A model generated the notes under the pieces. That model had not been told where the DNA came from. It searched no databases and saw nothing but the letters and a program-made list of their open reading frames with translations. From contig NC_057715.1 in NCBI RefSeq assembly GCF_004010195.1, forward strand, positions 98,660,623-98,724,622: a stretch of 64,000 bases of DNA, in the 5' to 3' direction. Source of the stretch: Chiloscyllium plagiosum. Its lineage: Eukaryota. Position numbers and translations under genes: made by a program. Positions 23,870 to 37,329 of this stretch are shown here, piece by piece (position 1 is the stretch's first letter; each line of letters begins with the position of its first letter).

Positions 23870-24900
23870 TCCCCACTATTTGGAGATCTATAATAAATAC
23901 CCAACAAGGTCACCACTCCCTTCCTGTTTCTCACCAACCATGTAGATTCTAATTCAGAAACTGCATCTCATTCAAGGGTTACCTTTGACTAAGACTGCTA
24001 CATCTCCTTCCTTTCTCCCACCACCAACACAACCCCAACTCCACTACACTATCTTTCAGCCCCGAGATTCATTCCATTTCTGCTCAGATGAAGCCCATCT
24101 TTTCTGAACAGCTCTCTCCTTTCCCAAAAGTGTTCCCAATGTCTCAAAAATCTAAACTCCTCCCTTCTCCATGATCCCTTACACCATGTATTTACCTCCC
24201 TGACCTGCCTTTGGCTAAATGGTGAAGGTCTGAGATTACTACCCTGGAGGTCATATGTTTCAGTCAATTCCCTAACTCCTGAAACTGATCCTGAAACATC
24301 TCCAAGCTGTCCCTCCCAAGGAACCACAACCACTGGATGTTCACCCTCCCTTTCCAGAAGTTTATCCAACTGTCCCGTTATGTTGAACCTTTGCACCCAG
24401 GAGGCATCAGACCATATGTGACTCATAATCCTGGCTGGAAACTAGACTCTCTATCCCTCAAACTACAGAATCACCTTTCTAATCTGCCTACTAGCTTCTT
24501 GCTGTTTTCCCAGACTAGCCTTGGGCACCATGATATTGTGGTGTTCCCTGGAGTCATTATCCCTGACTCAATTGTATTGCTCAGTAAATAGGCATCTAAA
24601 ATCTCATACCTGTTAGACAGCTTCAAGAAGTCCTGGGTTTCCCCAACCATCTGTCTTTTTTCCTTTCAGTAAATAGTCACCTATTCTCCTGTCATCTCTA
24701 CCCCTCCCCCTGCCTGCCTAACACAATGTGGAGTGGCTACTGTTCCAGAAACCTCTCCTTGTGTAGCACACAATGAAGAAACACTGCTCCAAATCAGTCT
24801 CATGTTGTTCAAGGACCTGTCCTGTCTAGCACTTCGTGCAAATGTGACTGCCCTGGTTGTCTTGTGGATCCAAAACCCCTCACATTTTAAACACTGCACA
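23870..24900 (-). mobile_element. CR1 5' region: ORF1 (Cys-rich N-terminus and SGNH esterase-like domain) plus an endonuclease remnant
   Basis: HPVVVV, FRFLRHWEHFWERRELFRKDGLHLSRNG and QCLKC motifs; GIYYRSPNS near 23875-23900. Confidence 0.75.
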
Positions 24901-25105
24901 TATTACAAGATTTTCCAGAGTCCCGTCCTTTGAAACCAGGTGCTCTGTGATCCCCATCTCAGTTGTGGTGAGCAAGCCATCTTCTCCCAAAATCCTCCTC
25001 AGTCACTTCTCACTGCCACTCACTGTTGGATGCTCTTCTTCCTGTTGAGAATCGGGTCCTCTGTCATCCCCTCATTGGCATTTGTTTTTGACAATCAAAG
25101 TTGAG

Positions 25106-25250
25106 CTGTGATTTGGAGATGCTGGTGTTGGTTGTACAAAGTTAAAAATCACGCAACACCAGATTATAGTCCAACAGGTTTAACTGGAAACACACTAGCT
25201 TTCGGAGCGACGCTCCTTGAAGGACTATAACCTGGTGTTGTGTGATTTTT
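25106..25250. mobile_element. Second-family fold-back Penelope-like terminal fragment; 9-bp TSD AAAGTTGAG
   Basis: Direct repeats at 25097-25105 and 25251-25259; inverted arms ttaaaaatcacgcaacaccagattatagtcc / ggactataacctggtgttgtgtgatttttaa; GGAGC-GAC-GCTCC hairpin next to GAAAGCTAG on the - strand. Confidence 0.65.
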
Positions 25251-26974
25251 AAAGTTGAGTTATTTCCACTCCCTGCTTAGATATTAACACTTTAGCCAGA
25301 AGAGGGCAGTAAATATGCAATTTATAACAAGAGCAGTCCTTTGTAGGTGAACATCTAAATGGTCAGCAGAACAGATCCTTCCATGAATATTAATGTGATT
25401 ACAATGATGCAGTACAGACGAGGATCAAGCATAGGTGCCTGTGATGAAATAATGCTGCAGAATATTGAAGTTTTCTACAAGAGAGCATCAACATCTCAGT
25501 GGCCCACACTGCAGCTGTATAAGGAAAGTCCACAGCAATTAACGTCAGTAAGAAAGTAAAGAGTGCAAGGAACAACAATATGGTACTCTAACTGTGCTAT
25601 CGTTTTGCTATGAAGTATGTTAAATCTGCATCCTTTTCACCAATATAACAGCACAGGGTTGCATCCTAAGGTTAGTGAAAAAAGATAGTATTATTTATTT
25701 AATCGTCAATTAAGAGAAGATAGTTGTGGAGAAGGGAGAAACACAAGTGCAATGGGGAAAGAACCTTAATCCTGAGGCCTAGATCTGTGCAGTCTGCAAA
25801 GTTTATCATATAAATCTGTTCTCTGTCAGGTATTTTATAGTTAGGCTGGTAATAGAACATTTATAAAAAGTGTGGCATTCTACTTTAAAAATGGTTGGGG
25901 CAGTGCAACTGTTCTACATTTCTTCAATGTCAGGAAACGTAGATTTAGGCAATGTCGTCTTAATCTAATGACTGAAAAAAATCAGTTTTGTTGGAATAAT
26001 ATTTTACATTATAAATATGTTTTCAGCAGTAAAGATTTCTTAAAATAGTTTACAAATTATTAATTGTAAAGTTACTTCATCAATTACATTGGCTGAATAT
26101 TGTGGTTTATAACATATCTATATCATTTTAATTAAGTTATTGGATCACATAAACTTCTTGAAAAGCCAAATTAATGGGTTTTGCAACATGGTACACTAGA
26201 GTTAAAAAAATACTGGCTAAATAATGCTCTAGAGTCTTCTTTCAGGCTACAGCAATGAAAAAAACTGTGTGAAAATAGTGATTTAAAAGGAAATAAAATA
26301 CTACTGGGTAGCACAATGAAAGGTATGTGATTTACAAATACATTAATACTTTTAGAGTTTGGATTTCAACCAGTGACCTATGAGTGTTGGGCACATTTTT
26401 GAAGAATTTGGAAAAAAATCATCAGAGAGAGCCCTTGCCAGAACAATGACCTAATTCAGTATGTGTCAGAAAGCAGGGATGCCCAGAGTGCTAATGAAAG
26501 ATTATTAGTACTTGGATTTTGACAGTGTATGTAAATATTGAGGGTCATTAGTCTGTTTTTGGTTCAGGAAAATCAAGGTAACAGCTAAAGAAATCCAGAG
26601 ATTAGAGTTTTTGAACAGGTTTTGGAGAATGTGCAATTAGGATCAAAAACGTACCATAGTTTTGTTCCTACAAAGAAGTGTCGGAGAGTCCAGGGAGCTC
26701 AACTACCTTGGTGTAAAAGCTTAGTTTGTGTGAATTCCAGAACAGGGGAGTGTTTAGTTCAAAATCTGCAGTTTATAGAAAGTTGCAGAAGCTTAAACTC
26801 TTAGTTTTGTGAGTGTTCATGTAAGAAGACTTTATACTTACGCGAATCAGTTCAGTTGAACTTAAACATTTGAGATATGGGGTAATCTTTCTAGAATTGA
26901 ATTTCTGTGAAATGATGGTGTTTGGAAGTAGATCGAAGATATTTAAGATTTTTCTAAACTATTTTCTGTACTTC

Positions 26975-28900
26975 TTTCATTGTGGTGCACAAGGAAGCCA
27001 TTTTGCCCATCATGCTTTCACCAGTTCTATCACCTCTCCTGCTTTTCCCCATAACCCAGCAAACTTTTCTATCCAAATATTCATCCAATGCCCTCTTGAA
27101 TGTCTTGGTTGAACCAGACTCCACCACATTTCCTAACAACTGGCTGTGAAAAAGCTTTTCTCACATCACCTTTGCTTCATTTGCACAGCTGTTTAAATTT
27201 ATGCCCTCTCATTCTTGTTTTCTGTTACATTATAGGAAAGATGTGAATGTATTGGGGACTGGCAAAAGCTGTATTCTGTCCAGTTCATGCATGGATTTGA
27301 AACATCTGTCAAATCTGCCCTCAGCCACCTTCTTTTCATGAGAAACAACCCCACCTTCTTCAATCTATTTTGACAGGCTCTTGTGATACCTCTGAGCCAG
27401 GAGGCCTGGGTTCAATTCCCACCTGCTGTGTCATAATATCTCTGAAAGGTTGATTAGAAAATATACATTCTCAAAACTGAAGTTTCTCATTCCTGGAATC
27501 ATTCTTGTAAATCGTTTCTGCACTCTCCTCAGTGCTTTCACATCTTTCCTAGGATGTGGCACCCACAACTGTATCCAATACTTCAGCTGAGGTCTAACAG
27601 TGTTTCGTACAGGGTCAACATTATCTCCTTGCTCCTGTCTATGCCCTTATTAATAAAGTCAAGAATACTGTATACTTTATTCTCTGCTCCCTCCACCCAT
27701 GCTGTCACTTTCAATGGTCTGTGCAAATATACACTCAGGTCCCTCAGCTTCAGCTTTAGAACTGTATAACCTATTTTGTATTGTATTTCAATGTTCTTCC
27801 AAGCAAAGTGCATCACTTCTTACTTATCTGCACTGAATCTCATCTGCAATCTATCTGCCCACTCCACTATTTTGTCAACATCCATTTTGGGTTCCACACT
27901 CACAGTTCTCCTCACAGTTTACAATTCATCCAACTTTTATGTCATCTGCAATCGTTGAAATTGTCCCTGGCAGGCAGATTGCAGATTACCAGGAAAAACA
28001 AGGGACCTAATACTGACCCCTGGCGGATTTCTGTGCGAACCCTCCCCCAGCCTAAAAAATATCCATTGATTACTTTCCATTTCTTATCACTCAGCCAATT
28101 TTGTATCAGTGTTGCTACTGTCCTATGACCTATAACTTTCCTCACAAGTCTGTTGAGTGACACTGTATTAAATGCCTTCTGGAAATCCATAGATAGGACA
28201 TCAACTGTGTGACCCTCATCAATCCTTACAGTTACCTTTTCAAAAAACTCCAGCTAGTTGGTTAAACACAATTTCTCTTTTGAAATCCATGCTGACTCTC
28301 CATAAACAACTGTCATTTTTCCTTGTGCTTACTAATTCTATCATACATAATTATTTCCAGAAGTTTCCTCCACCAACAAAGTTAAATGAACTGGTCTGTA
28401 TTGCTGGAATTATCTTTACAACCTTTTTTGAACAAGGCAATAATATTTGTAATTGTCCAGTCTTCTGGCAACTCCCGAGTCCAGGGAAGACTGTAAGATT
28501 ATGGCCTGTGCCCATACAATTCCTACTCTTGCTTCCTTCAAAATTCTTGGATGAATTCTCATCTGAACCCAGTACCTTGTCAACTTTAATTACCAACAAT
28601 CTATCCAAAACTTATTCCTTATTAATTTGGAACTTTTCTGGTGACAGAATTTCCTCCTCTATCACCATAGCCTGGGTAGCACCCTTTTCTTTTGTAAAGA
28701 CAGATGCAAAGTGTTCATTTAACACCTCAGCCAGAACCCCCTGCCTCCGTGTCTAAATCCCCTTTTGGATCTCTCATTGGCCCTACTCCTCCTTTAACCA
28801 CTCTCTTACCATTTGAATGCTGAGAGAAGAATTTATGATTTCCCTTTGGGTTATCTGGTAAACATTCCTCATTCTGCCTCTTTGCACCTCTTATTTGTTT
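26975..28900 (-). mobile_element. Decayed CR1 ORF2
   Basis: MDFQKAFNTV and QGSVLGPLFF RT motifs; FKRALDEYL 3' region. Confidence 0.85.
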
Positions 28901-29824
28901 TTGTATCCGCCAAGTAAACCTTTGGTGTTTCTGTTGATATTGATTCCTTACTTTTTACTTATTTCTTCTTTTGTAATAAAGAAGAAATTTCTTCTCTGTC
29001 ATTAAATAATGTCTTCCAGCCACGTGTGACTGTGTTGCTGTAAATGACCACCAGTTTAAAACAAAATGATGCATCAAGCCTCATTTCATTCTGGGATCTG
29101 ACTTGTTCAGTGGTATGGAATCATAACAACAGTTGTGTAATGCTTTGGAGGAATATTGTCTCTTTTACATTCTTTCTACATTTTCATGTTCCAAACTGCA
29201 CTTCAGAATAACTAACACCTGCCACCCCCAAGGATGCGTCAACATTAAGTTCCACTCATACCATGAGTAACAATGGTGGAAAGTACTCTCTTTTCACTAT
29301 GTGACTAGAATAGAAGTTAACTGATAGTAAATCATTTATATTTCATGGAAAACATGAGTTAAATGTAAATTTGTAATTTTTAAATTGCTGTCGTGAGTCA
29401 CAAAGCTCACTTGGGTGGCATTGTGCAATTCTATGAGCAATATAGCTTCAACCAGCTAGTTACTTTCAAATTGGAAAATTATAACAAAAAAGTGCTGATC
29501 TCCATTTTATAATGTTTAACCCTTGCCTCAAGTTCAGGATGTGGAACTTCAGTTTCAGACGGAACGTTTAGGAAGATTGGAACACAACTACTAGAAAAAG
29601 CTTTGAGATCCAGTTGTTGGTTCAAATATAAATTAATTCAATTCTGTGTGAAGATTTTTAAACGTTGTATAAAATCAAGTAGATAAATACTTACATCTTA
29701 TTCTAACCACTGAACATTTGGACATCATGATCTGATCACACAGTGTCAGCTTGAATTGGTAATTTAATGTCTAATGAACCTAGATGAGTTCTTTGAGGAG
29801 GTAGTCATGTGCTTCATTTTGAGA

Positions 29825-30915
29825 GAGCAAGAGTAGTTTTTTATTTGTCATTTCTACCATATACAACTGATACAGTAAAAATGAGACAGTGGTCCTCCAG
29901 GACCGAGGGTGCTGCATGGGCAGCACAGATTGCACACTCATACACGGCATAAAGTGCAGAAGTGCAAAACACACAAGTTACAGTGTAATAGAAGAATGAT
30001 GAATAATAGACATTTTTCCAGCAGTAATTCAAAGTCATGCAAAGAATTTCAGATGGGAAAGAATGCGATCATACTGTGTCAAGGAGCCTGATGGCTTGGC
30101 GAAAGAAACTGTTGCACAGTATGGTTGTGAGAGACCAAATGCTCCGGTATCTTCTGCTAGATGGCAGGAGGGAATGAGTTTGAGTGAGGGGTGTGTAGGG
30201 ACTTCCACAATACTGTTAGTCTTTTGGATGCAGCATGTGGTGTAAAGATCTGTAATGGAGGGAAGAGAGACCCCGATGATCTTCTCAGCTGTCCTCACTA
30301 TCCATTGTATGGTCTTATGATTCAAAACGGTGCAATTCCCGAACCTGGCAGTGATGCAGCAGCTCAGGGTACTCTCAATGAACCCTCTATAGAATGTGGT
30401 GAGGATGGGGGTGGGAGGTTGGCTTTTCTCAGCCTGCGCAGAGAGTAGAGAAGTTGCTGGGCTTTTGGGGTTATGGGGCTGGTGTTGAGGGTGCAGGTGA
30501 GATTCCCCACCAGGTGTATGCCAAGAAATTTGGTGCTCTTCACGTTCTCCATGGGGGAGTCATTGATGTCCAGTGGAGAGTAGTCACTCCGTGTCCTCCT
30601 GAAGTCAACAACCATCTTTTTCGTTTTGTCCATGTTCAGCTTGTTGGCTCTGCACCAGTCCATTAGCCACTGCAACTCCTCTCTGTGTGCTGATTCATCG
30701 TTCCTGCTGATGAGATGCACTACAGTCATGTTATCAGCGAACTTGATGATGTGATTCAATCTGTACATCACTACACAGACATGTGTCAGCAGGGTGAACA
30801 GCAGTGGACTGAACACACAGCCCTGGGGGGGGCCCCTGTGCTCAGTGTGATGGTGTTGGCGATGCTGTTCCCAATCCGGGCTGACTAAGGTCTCCCAGTC
30901 AGAAAGTCCAGGATC
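29825..30915 (-). mobile_element. 5'-truncated Rex1/Babar-like (L2-group) LINE, RT C-terminal half plus 3' UTR
   Basis: PQGCVFSPLLFTLLTH...IIKFADNMTVVHLISRNDESAHREE...KTKKMVVDFRR and IVRTAEKIIGVSLPSI; distinct from the local CR1 copies. Confidence 0.8.
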
Positions 30916-31029
30916 ATAAGGTAGTCTATGGATGGTGTATTTATTCAATACCAGAAGGCATGCAACAAGAGACATAAGAGACTATTAACAAAGAAATGAA
31001 AGTGCATGGATGTGGAGGCAACCTATATA

Positions 31030-32865
31030 GCTTGACATATTTATATTCTCAGAATCATACCTGTCAGACAATGTCCTAGACAACACCATCACCATTCCTG
31101 GATATGTACTGTTCCACCAGTAGGACAGACACAGCAGAGGTGGTGGCTCAGTGGGATACAGATGGGAGAGAGTCACCACAATCTTCATCCAGAAGTGCCA
31201 AGTTGATAATCCATCTTGGCTCCCTCCAGCAGTCTCCAGCATTACAGATACCAATCTTCAGCCACAAAAACAGAAATTGCCGGAAAAACTCAGCAGCATC
31301 TGTGGCGTAAAATCAGAGTTAACATTTTAGGTCCAGTGATCCTTCTACAATACGGTCTTTGGCCAATTCGATTCACTCCATGTGATATCAAGAAGTGATT
31401 GGAGGCATTGGATACTGCAAAGGCTTGACAATATTCCAGCAATAGTACTGAAGACTTGTGCTCTAGAACTTGCCACTCCCCCAGTCAAGCTGTTCCTGTA
31501 CAATTCCAGCACTGGCATCAACCCAACAATGTGGAAAGTTGCCAGGGTATGTCCTGTAAAAAAAAGCAGGACAAATCCAACCCGGCCAATTACCGTCCCA
31601 TCAACGTACTCTTGATCGTTAATAAAAAGCTGGAAGGTGTCATCAACAGTTCTATCTAGTAGCACCTGCTCAGCAGTAACCTGCTCAGTGATACTGTTTG
31701 GGTTCTGCTAGAGTGACACAGCCCCTGCCCTTATTACAGCCTTCATTCAAACTTACACAAACTTACCTCTGAATTCCAGAGGTGAGGTGAGCATGACAGG
31801 CCTTGACATTAAGGCTGCATTCAACTGAATGTGGCTTCAAGGAGCCCTAGCAAAACTGGAATCAATGGGTATCAGGGGGAAAACTCTCAGGTGGTTAGAG
31901 TCATACCTGACACATAGGAAGGTGGTCGTGGTTGTTGAGGTCAGTCATCTCAGCTCCAGGACATCCCAGCAGGAGTTTTTCAGGGTAGTATCCTGGCTCC
32001 AACCATCTTCAGCTGCTTCATTGATGACCTATCCTCTGAAGTGAGGATGTTCACCAAGGATTGCTCAACATGTAGCATGATTCGTGATTCCTCTGGTACC
32101 AGATTCCTCTCGTACTGTGATCAAAATACCACACAAATGACCATCTCCAATAAGAGACAATCTGATCACTGCCCTTTTGTCATTCAATGGTGTTACTATC
32201 ATTAAACCCCCCACTACCAACATCCTTGGAGTTACCATTGACCAGAAACTCAACTTGACCCGTCATATAAACACAGTGGCTACAAGAACAGGTCAGATGC
32301 TAGGAATATTGTGATACCTAACTCACCTCCTGACTCACTCCTGACACTATCTTCAAGGCGCAAGTTAAAAATGTGATGGAACACTCCCCACTTGCCTGGA
32401 TGGGTGTAGCTCCAACAGCACTCAAAAAGCTTGACACCATTCAGGACAAAGCAGCTCACTCAATTGGCACTAAGCATCCATTCCCTCCAGCACTGACCAT
32501 TAGCAACAGTGCATCCCAGCTACAAGAAAGAAACTACTACAAAAATTCCCCAAAGATCATCAGATAGCACCTTCCAAACCCATGACCCACTTCCACCTCG
32601 AAGGACAAGGAAAAACCATCACCTGCAAATTCCCCTCCAAGCCACTCAGCATTCAGACTTGGAAATATATCACTGTTCCTTCATGGCTGTTGGGTCAGAA
32701 TCCTGGAAATGCCTCCCTAAGGGCATTATGGGCCAGCCTACAGCATGTGGACTGCAGCGGTTCAAGAACACAGCTCACCAGCACCTTCTCAAGGACAACT
32801 CGGGGTGAACAATAAAAAATACTGACCAGCCAGCGATGTGAACGTCCCATAAGTGAATTTAAAAA
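31030..32865 (+). mobile_element. L2/CR1-group LINE remnant (endonuclease piece, RT, 3' tail) with a Penelope-like fragment at about 31255-31345
   Basis: DNIPAIVLKTCALELA, PANYRPINVL, GIRGKTLRWLESYL and LKKLDTIQDKAA fragments; aataaa...cccataagtgaatttaaaaaa tail. Confidence 0.8.
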
Positions 32866-33994
32866 AGAGCTTTCGGGAATGGCCAGAGGGCTTTGGTTAG
32901 CATGGAGCAAAGGGGTTGTATTTTATAGTTTAATCTTTATTTTTAGCTTGGTAATTGATGGAAATTTCTGGAAACATCCAACTGGCCCATTCTATGGTCA
33001 ATAACAGTCATTTTAATTCCAAGAGTAATTTTAAAAATTAAACAAGCATTGCCTTTTAAAAGGAAAGAATGTAGAATCTAACTTCATGCCTTTTGGGTAT
33101 GTCACTTCATAATAAGGAGAGTGCGCAGGGTGGAGATAGGGTATTCTGTGCACAGACACTGGTAGTGATTAGGCTTGCACTACCTTTTTATTGACCCTGT
33201 TCACACTGTTTCATTTATAACAATATTTTATTCTTGAAAGATGGTGGACTCCTGAAAATCTTCAGACCAATTTGGGGAGCTCGGCTCCCCAGTTGACAAT
33301 CCTTGTTATTTGTAATTGTTCTATTTTATTATGGATTTCTTGAGCTAAATCACGGTGGTGGGTACAAAACACAAGCTGTGATGGATTTTTCTTAATGGAC
33401 ACGTCAGGGAAATAAGCTTTTGAAATGATTTCAAATATTATTAGCTTGTCTATAATAGGTTTCCTCCATTCCTGAATTCTCCAATGGAAATTACACATGG
33501 CACAAATATAAGATTAATTACAGATTTTACATGTGACCTGTTTGTTTTCCATTTGTTTGTCATTCCACCTTAAATATATATTTAGCTTTCTGGCAAAACA
33601 TTTAATCAATTTAAAACTATCATGCTATCATTATTTTAAAATTTGGTATGACCCAGCAGTCATACTAATTACTCATTAGATGGTGACTTGTCAGAATCCT
33701 GCTTGTAATTCAAAACAGATCTACAAATGGTAGCAATCCAAATCAAAACCATAATGGAGTTGTATAGCACTGCTGTACAGATGCTTTTTTAATAAAACTT
33801 ATGTTTCCTCTCTTTAGAGGAGAACGACTACTCAAAAAATGGAATCATAAAAAAAGTCCTATCAAATGAATCAGTATTGTAAGCAGTGTTGACTATGCCC
33901 TCTGCACTCCCCACTGGATAAGGAGGACCTTAAGCATACAAATGGGCATTGAGTGCTCTTTCTGCAGCCTTACATGCTGACTGACCAGCTGTAT

Positions 33995-34290
33995 GATTAG
34001 ATTAGATTACTTACAGTATGGAAACAGGCCCTTCGGCCCAACAAGTCCACACCGACCCGCCGAAGCGCAACCCACCCAGACCCATTCCCCTATGGCAATT
34101 TTGCATGGCCAATTCACCTAACCTGCACATTTTTGGACTGTGGGAGGAAACCAGAGCACCCGGAGGAAACCCACACAGACACAGGGAGAATGTGCAAACT
34201 CCACACAGTCAGTCGCCTGAGGCGGGAATTGAACCCGGGTCCCTGGTGCTGTGAGGCAGCAGTGCTAACCACTGAGCCACTGTGCCGCCC
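33995..34290 (-). mobile_element. HE1-like V-SINE, well preserved
   Basis: Full head, core and (TCTAA)n tail. Confidence 0.92.
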
Positions 34291-34897
34291 ACCATTGTAT
34301 GTTTGTATAATTTTCTGGTTTTGGTTGCCGGATATACTTTCTGTTTTCAGTTAGGTGAATGTCTTTGGTGATAAAGAGTTCCATATTATTACGGAGCACT
34401 TTAGCTAACAAAGATGAGTGCAAAAACCTGTTATCATCCAGCTCAATGTTTGTTCAGTATTCGTCATGACTTAACATTGAGCAGCATATAGGGTTAGCTG
34501 GTGTTGGATACTGCATTCATGCTGGTGATAAAAGCCTAACTGATTTACCTTATTCAGTTAGAACCGACATTTTAGCTCTAATGAAAATCACAGAACAATT
34601 AGAAATTGTAGAATTAAACTTAATTGATTAAATTAACCACATGGATTTAAAAGCAATGCAATATTCAAAAGCACAATGGAAAAGGCTTTGAGTGTGGACA
34701 GTTAAGTATCCAATAGTGTAAAACTGGTTCATCAGGTCAGACTGTGGGTTGAAGTTTTACAAAAGTGTGAATGTTGGTGAGTTTCAGAAGGATTTCTAAC
34801 CGTGAGTCCCAGCAGGTTTCCACATGCACTTTTATGTTGCTCATCTCATTGGTATGCACCATGTCTCCATAGTGCCATGCACACACAATCTGAAACT

Positions 34898-34915
34898 CAG
34901 CAGCAGCAGCAGCAG
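34898..34915 (+). repeat. (CAG)6 microsatellite
   Basis: Read directly from the sequence. Confidence 0.9.
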
Positions 34916-35055
34916 AACGGCTCACTAGTGCCACAATCTTCCAGCATTCATTCCACTGACACCATATTCAGATCCCAGCTAAACACCAGTTTTCCAACAC
35001 CACAAGCCAGGAATTCTCCTTCCCAGTTCCAGTTTGCAAAGCATTTCCAAGGGAG

Positions 35056-35642
35056 ATGGCTCATAGAGGCAAACTGGCACCCTGTTTTGTGTACAGTGAC
35101 CTGGAGGGCTTGGTTGCCAGGGTGGTGCAAAGGTGGTGCATCTTGTCTCCCCAGGGTCACCAAAGGACGCTGCCAGTCTGGTCTGTAGTTGCCACCAAGT
35201 ATTTTTTATAGACTGGAGGGATGTCCAATGGTATAAGAAGATGGTTAATGACCTTCTGTGCTCCATAAGAGTAAGTGCCACCATTTTCTCTCTGTTACTT
35301 CACACTTCTTCTAACTACTACTTGCCAAAGCTCATGGACTATCCCTGCCTCTACTGCATGCAGCATCTTTCTTCACTTGTCCTCATCTATCATACTCCCC
35401 AGCCCCTTCCCCAGAATACTAACCCTCCACATCCTCTGTATTTCCTCTTCATTCACTCAGAACATGTCAACACCTTTCCTGTACCTGTGCCAGTACTAAC
35501 AGGTCATGTCAGCCACATTCATCTTAACCCCTCCCCTTGTCTCTCTTTTCAGGAGAAAATGACCCACAATAAATTTGAAAAGGACAAGACATGTGCTGGG
35601 ATGGCCAACATTCTTCTCCTTAGCCCCAACGAGCTCATGTAG
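35056..35642 (+). pseudogene. Decayed Myb/SANT-like gene of a PIF/Harbinger transposon (exon 35056-35270, intron 35271-35552, exon from 35553)
   Basis: MAHRGKLAPCFVYSDLEGLVARVVQRWCILSP...W..VA, frameshift, then VQWYKKMVNDLLCSIR|GTAAGT...ttttcAG|EKMTHNKFEKDKTCAGMANILLLSPNE; resembles the Harbinger Myb-like pattern (APRF..DLE.L, QC.K..NDL, TGGG). Confidence 0.65.
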
Positions 35643-36084
35643 TGACCCCGTGATCTCAATGTCCCAGCAACCATGTAAAGTTCATTGTGATGTGCTGCGT
35701 CACTCCCCCATTACTAACACGGTGAATGCATTCTTAAGATGCTCAAGCTTCTAAACTTCTTATGTTATTAGGAGACAACAGATTCCCTCTCTTGTCTTCT
35801 GTCTCCTGGAAGAGATTAGCTTCTGCAGCCCTCTCCTCTATCTCTGAGGAAGAAGTCAGTGGTGACTCAAAGGAAGTACCGACAAAGCTATTTGACTGCT
35901 TTTCAGATGGACCTTATGTTTCAGCTATAATAAAAACTTTGGATAAATGTAAAATTAGACTCCCAGAACTCTATAAATAAATAAATTAAATAAGTTGATC
36001 AGATGTACTTAAAATCAGCTCTCTCAGAGGGTAATGAATCCAAGGAATTCTTTAACATGGAGGTCTGGAGAGCATGTGTTCTTA

Positions 36085-37046
36085 AGTCATAGAGTCATAG
36101 ATTCACACAGCAGGGAAACAGACCCTTTGGTCCAGCCAGTCCATGTTGAACATAATCCCAAACTAAACTAGTCCCACCTACCTGCTCCTGGCCCATATCC
36201 CTCCAAACCTGTCCTATGAATGTACTGCTTCAAATGTCTTTTAAATGTAATTGTACCCACATCAACCACTTCCTCAGGAAGTTCATTCCGCACCCGAACC
36301 ACCCTCTGTGTAAAATATTTGTCCTTCCTGTCTTTTTAAACCTCTCTTCTCTCACATTAAAAATGTGCCCACTAGTGTTGAAATCGCCCATCCTAACGAA
36401 AAGACACCTACCATTAACTCCATCTATGCCTCTCATTATTTTATAAACTTCTATCAAGTCACCTGTCAACTTCTCTCGCTCTAAGGAAACATGGTCCTAG
36501 CCTATCCTCCTTTTCTTTATAACTCAAACCTTCCATACCTGGCAACATCCTGGTAAATCTCTTCTGAACCCTCTTCAGCTTAATAATATCCTTCCTATGA
36601 TTGGGTTCCCAGAACTGGATACACTATTCCAGAAGAGGCCTCACCAATGTCCTGTACAACCTCAACATGACTTCCCAGTTCCTATACTCAAAGGTCTGAG
36701 CATTAAATGCCTTTTTAATCACCCTATCTATATGTGTCACAAACTTCAAAGAATTATGTATCTGAACTCCTGGTTCCCTTTGCTCTCCAACACTACCCAA
36801 AGCCTGACCATTAATTGTATAAACCCTACCTTTGTTTGTTGCACCAAAATGCAATGCTTCACATTTATTCAGATTGAACTCCATTTGCCATTTTTTAGCC
36901 CATTGACCCATTTGATCAAAATCCCTTTGTAATCTGAGAAAACCTTTTTCACTGTCTACTATGTGACCAATTTTGGTGTCAAACGCAAACTTACTAACCA
37001 TGCCTTCTATATTCTCATCCAAATCATTTACATAAATGTCAAACAA
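36085..37046 (-). mobile_element. CR1 3' fragment inserted into the Harbinger fossil
   Basis: IYVNDLDENIEGMVSKFAFDTKIG...WQMEFN RT motif; atgactctatgact tail. Confidence 0.9.
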
Positions 37047-37329
37047 AATATGTTCAAAGCTGAGATAGACATTCTTTGCCTATCGTAGCATAACATCTTG
37101 TCATGTTTGAATGTGGCATCATTAAACACTGTGAAGCCTTCCAAGTATTCTTAATGCTAACTTGTATTACAAAACAGGAAGAGCGAGGACAGAACAATGC
37201 AAAAAGCTGCATTTTGTTTGGCACTAAACAGAGGCTGTTTGCCATTCCAGCATTAACACATTTGCTGTTAATGAATGATGATTTCACCCAACTCAGTTCC
37301 ATTCAAAGTGGTTGTTAAATAAGTCCTAT

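Noticed and set aside
28280-28756. 158-aa + strand ORF
   Set aside because: Antisense to a decayed CR1 RT region.
33262-33498. LVFCTHHRDLAQEI resembling DEAD-box motif Ia
   Set aside because: No other helicase motifs and no good splice sites; probably chance.
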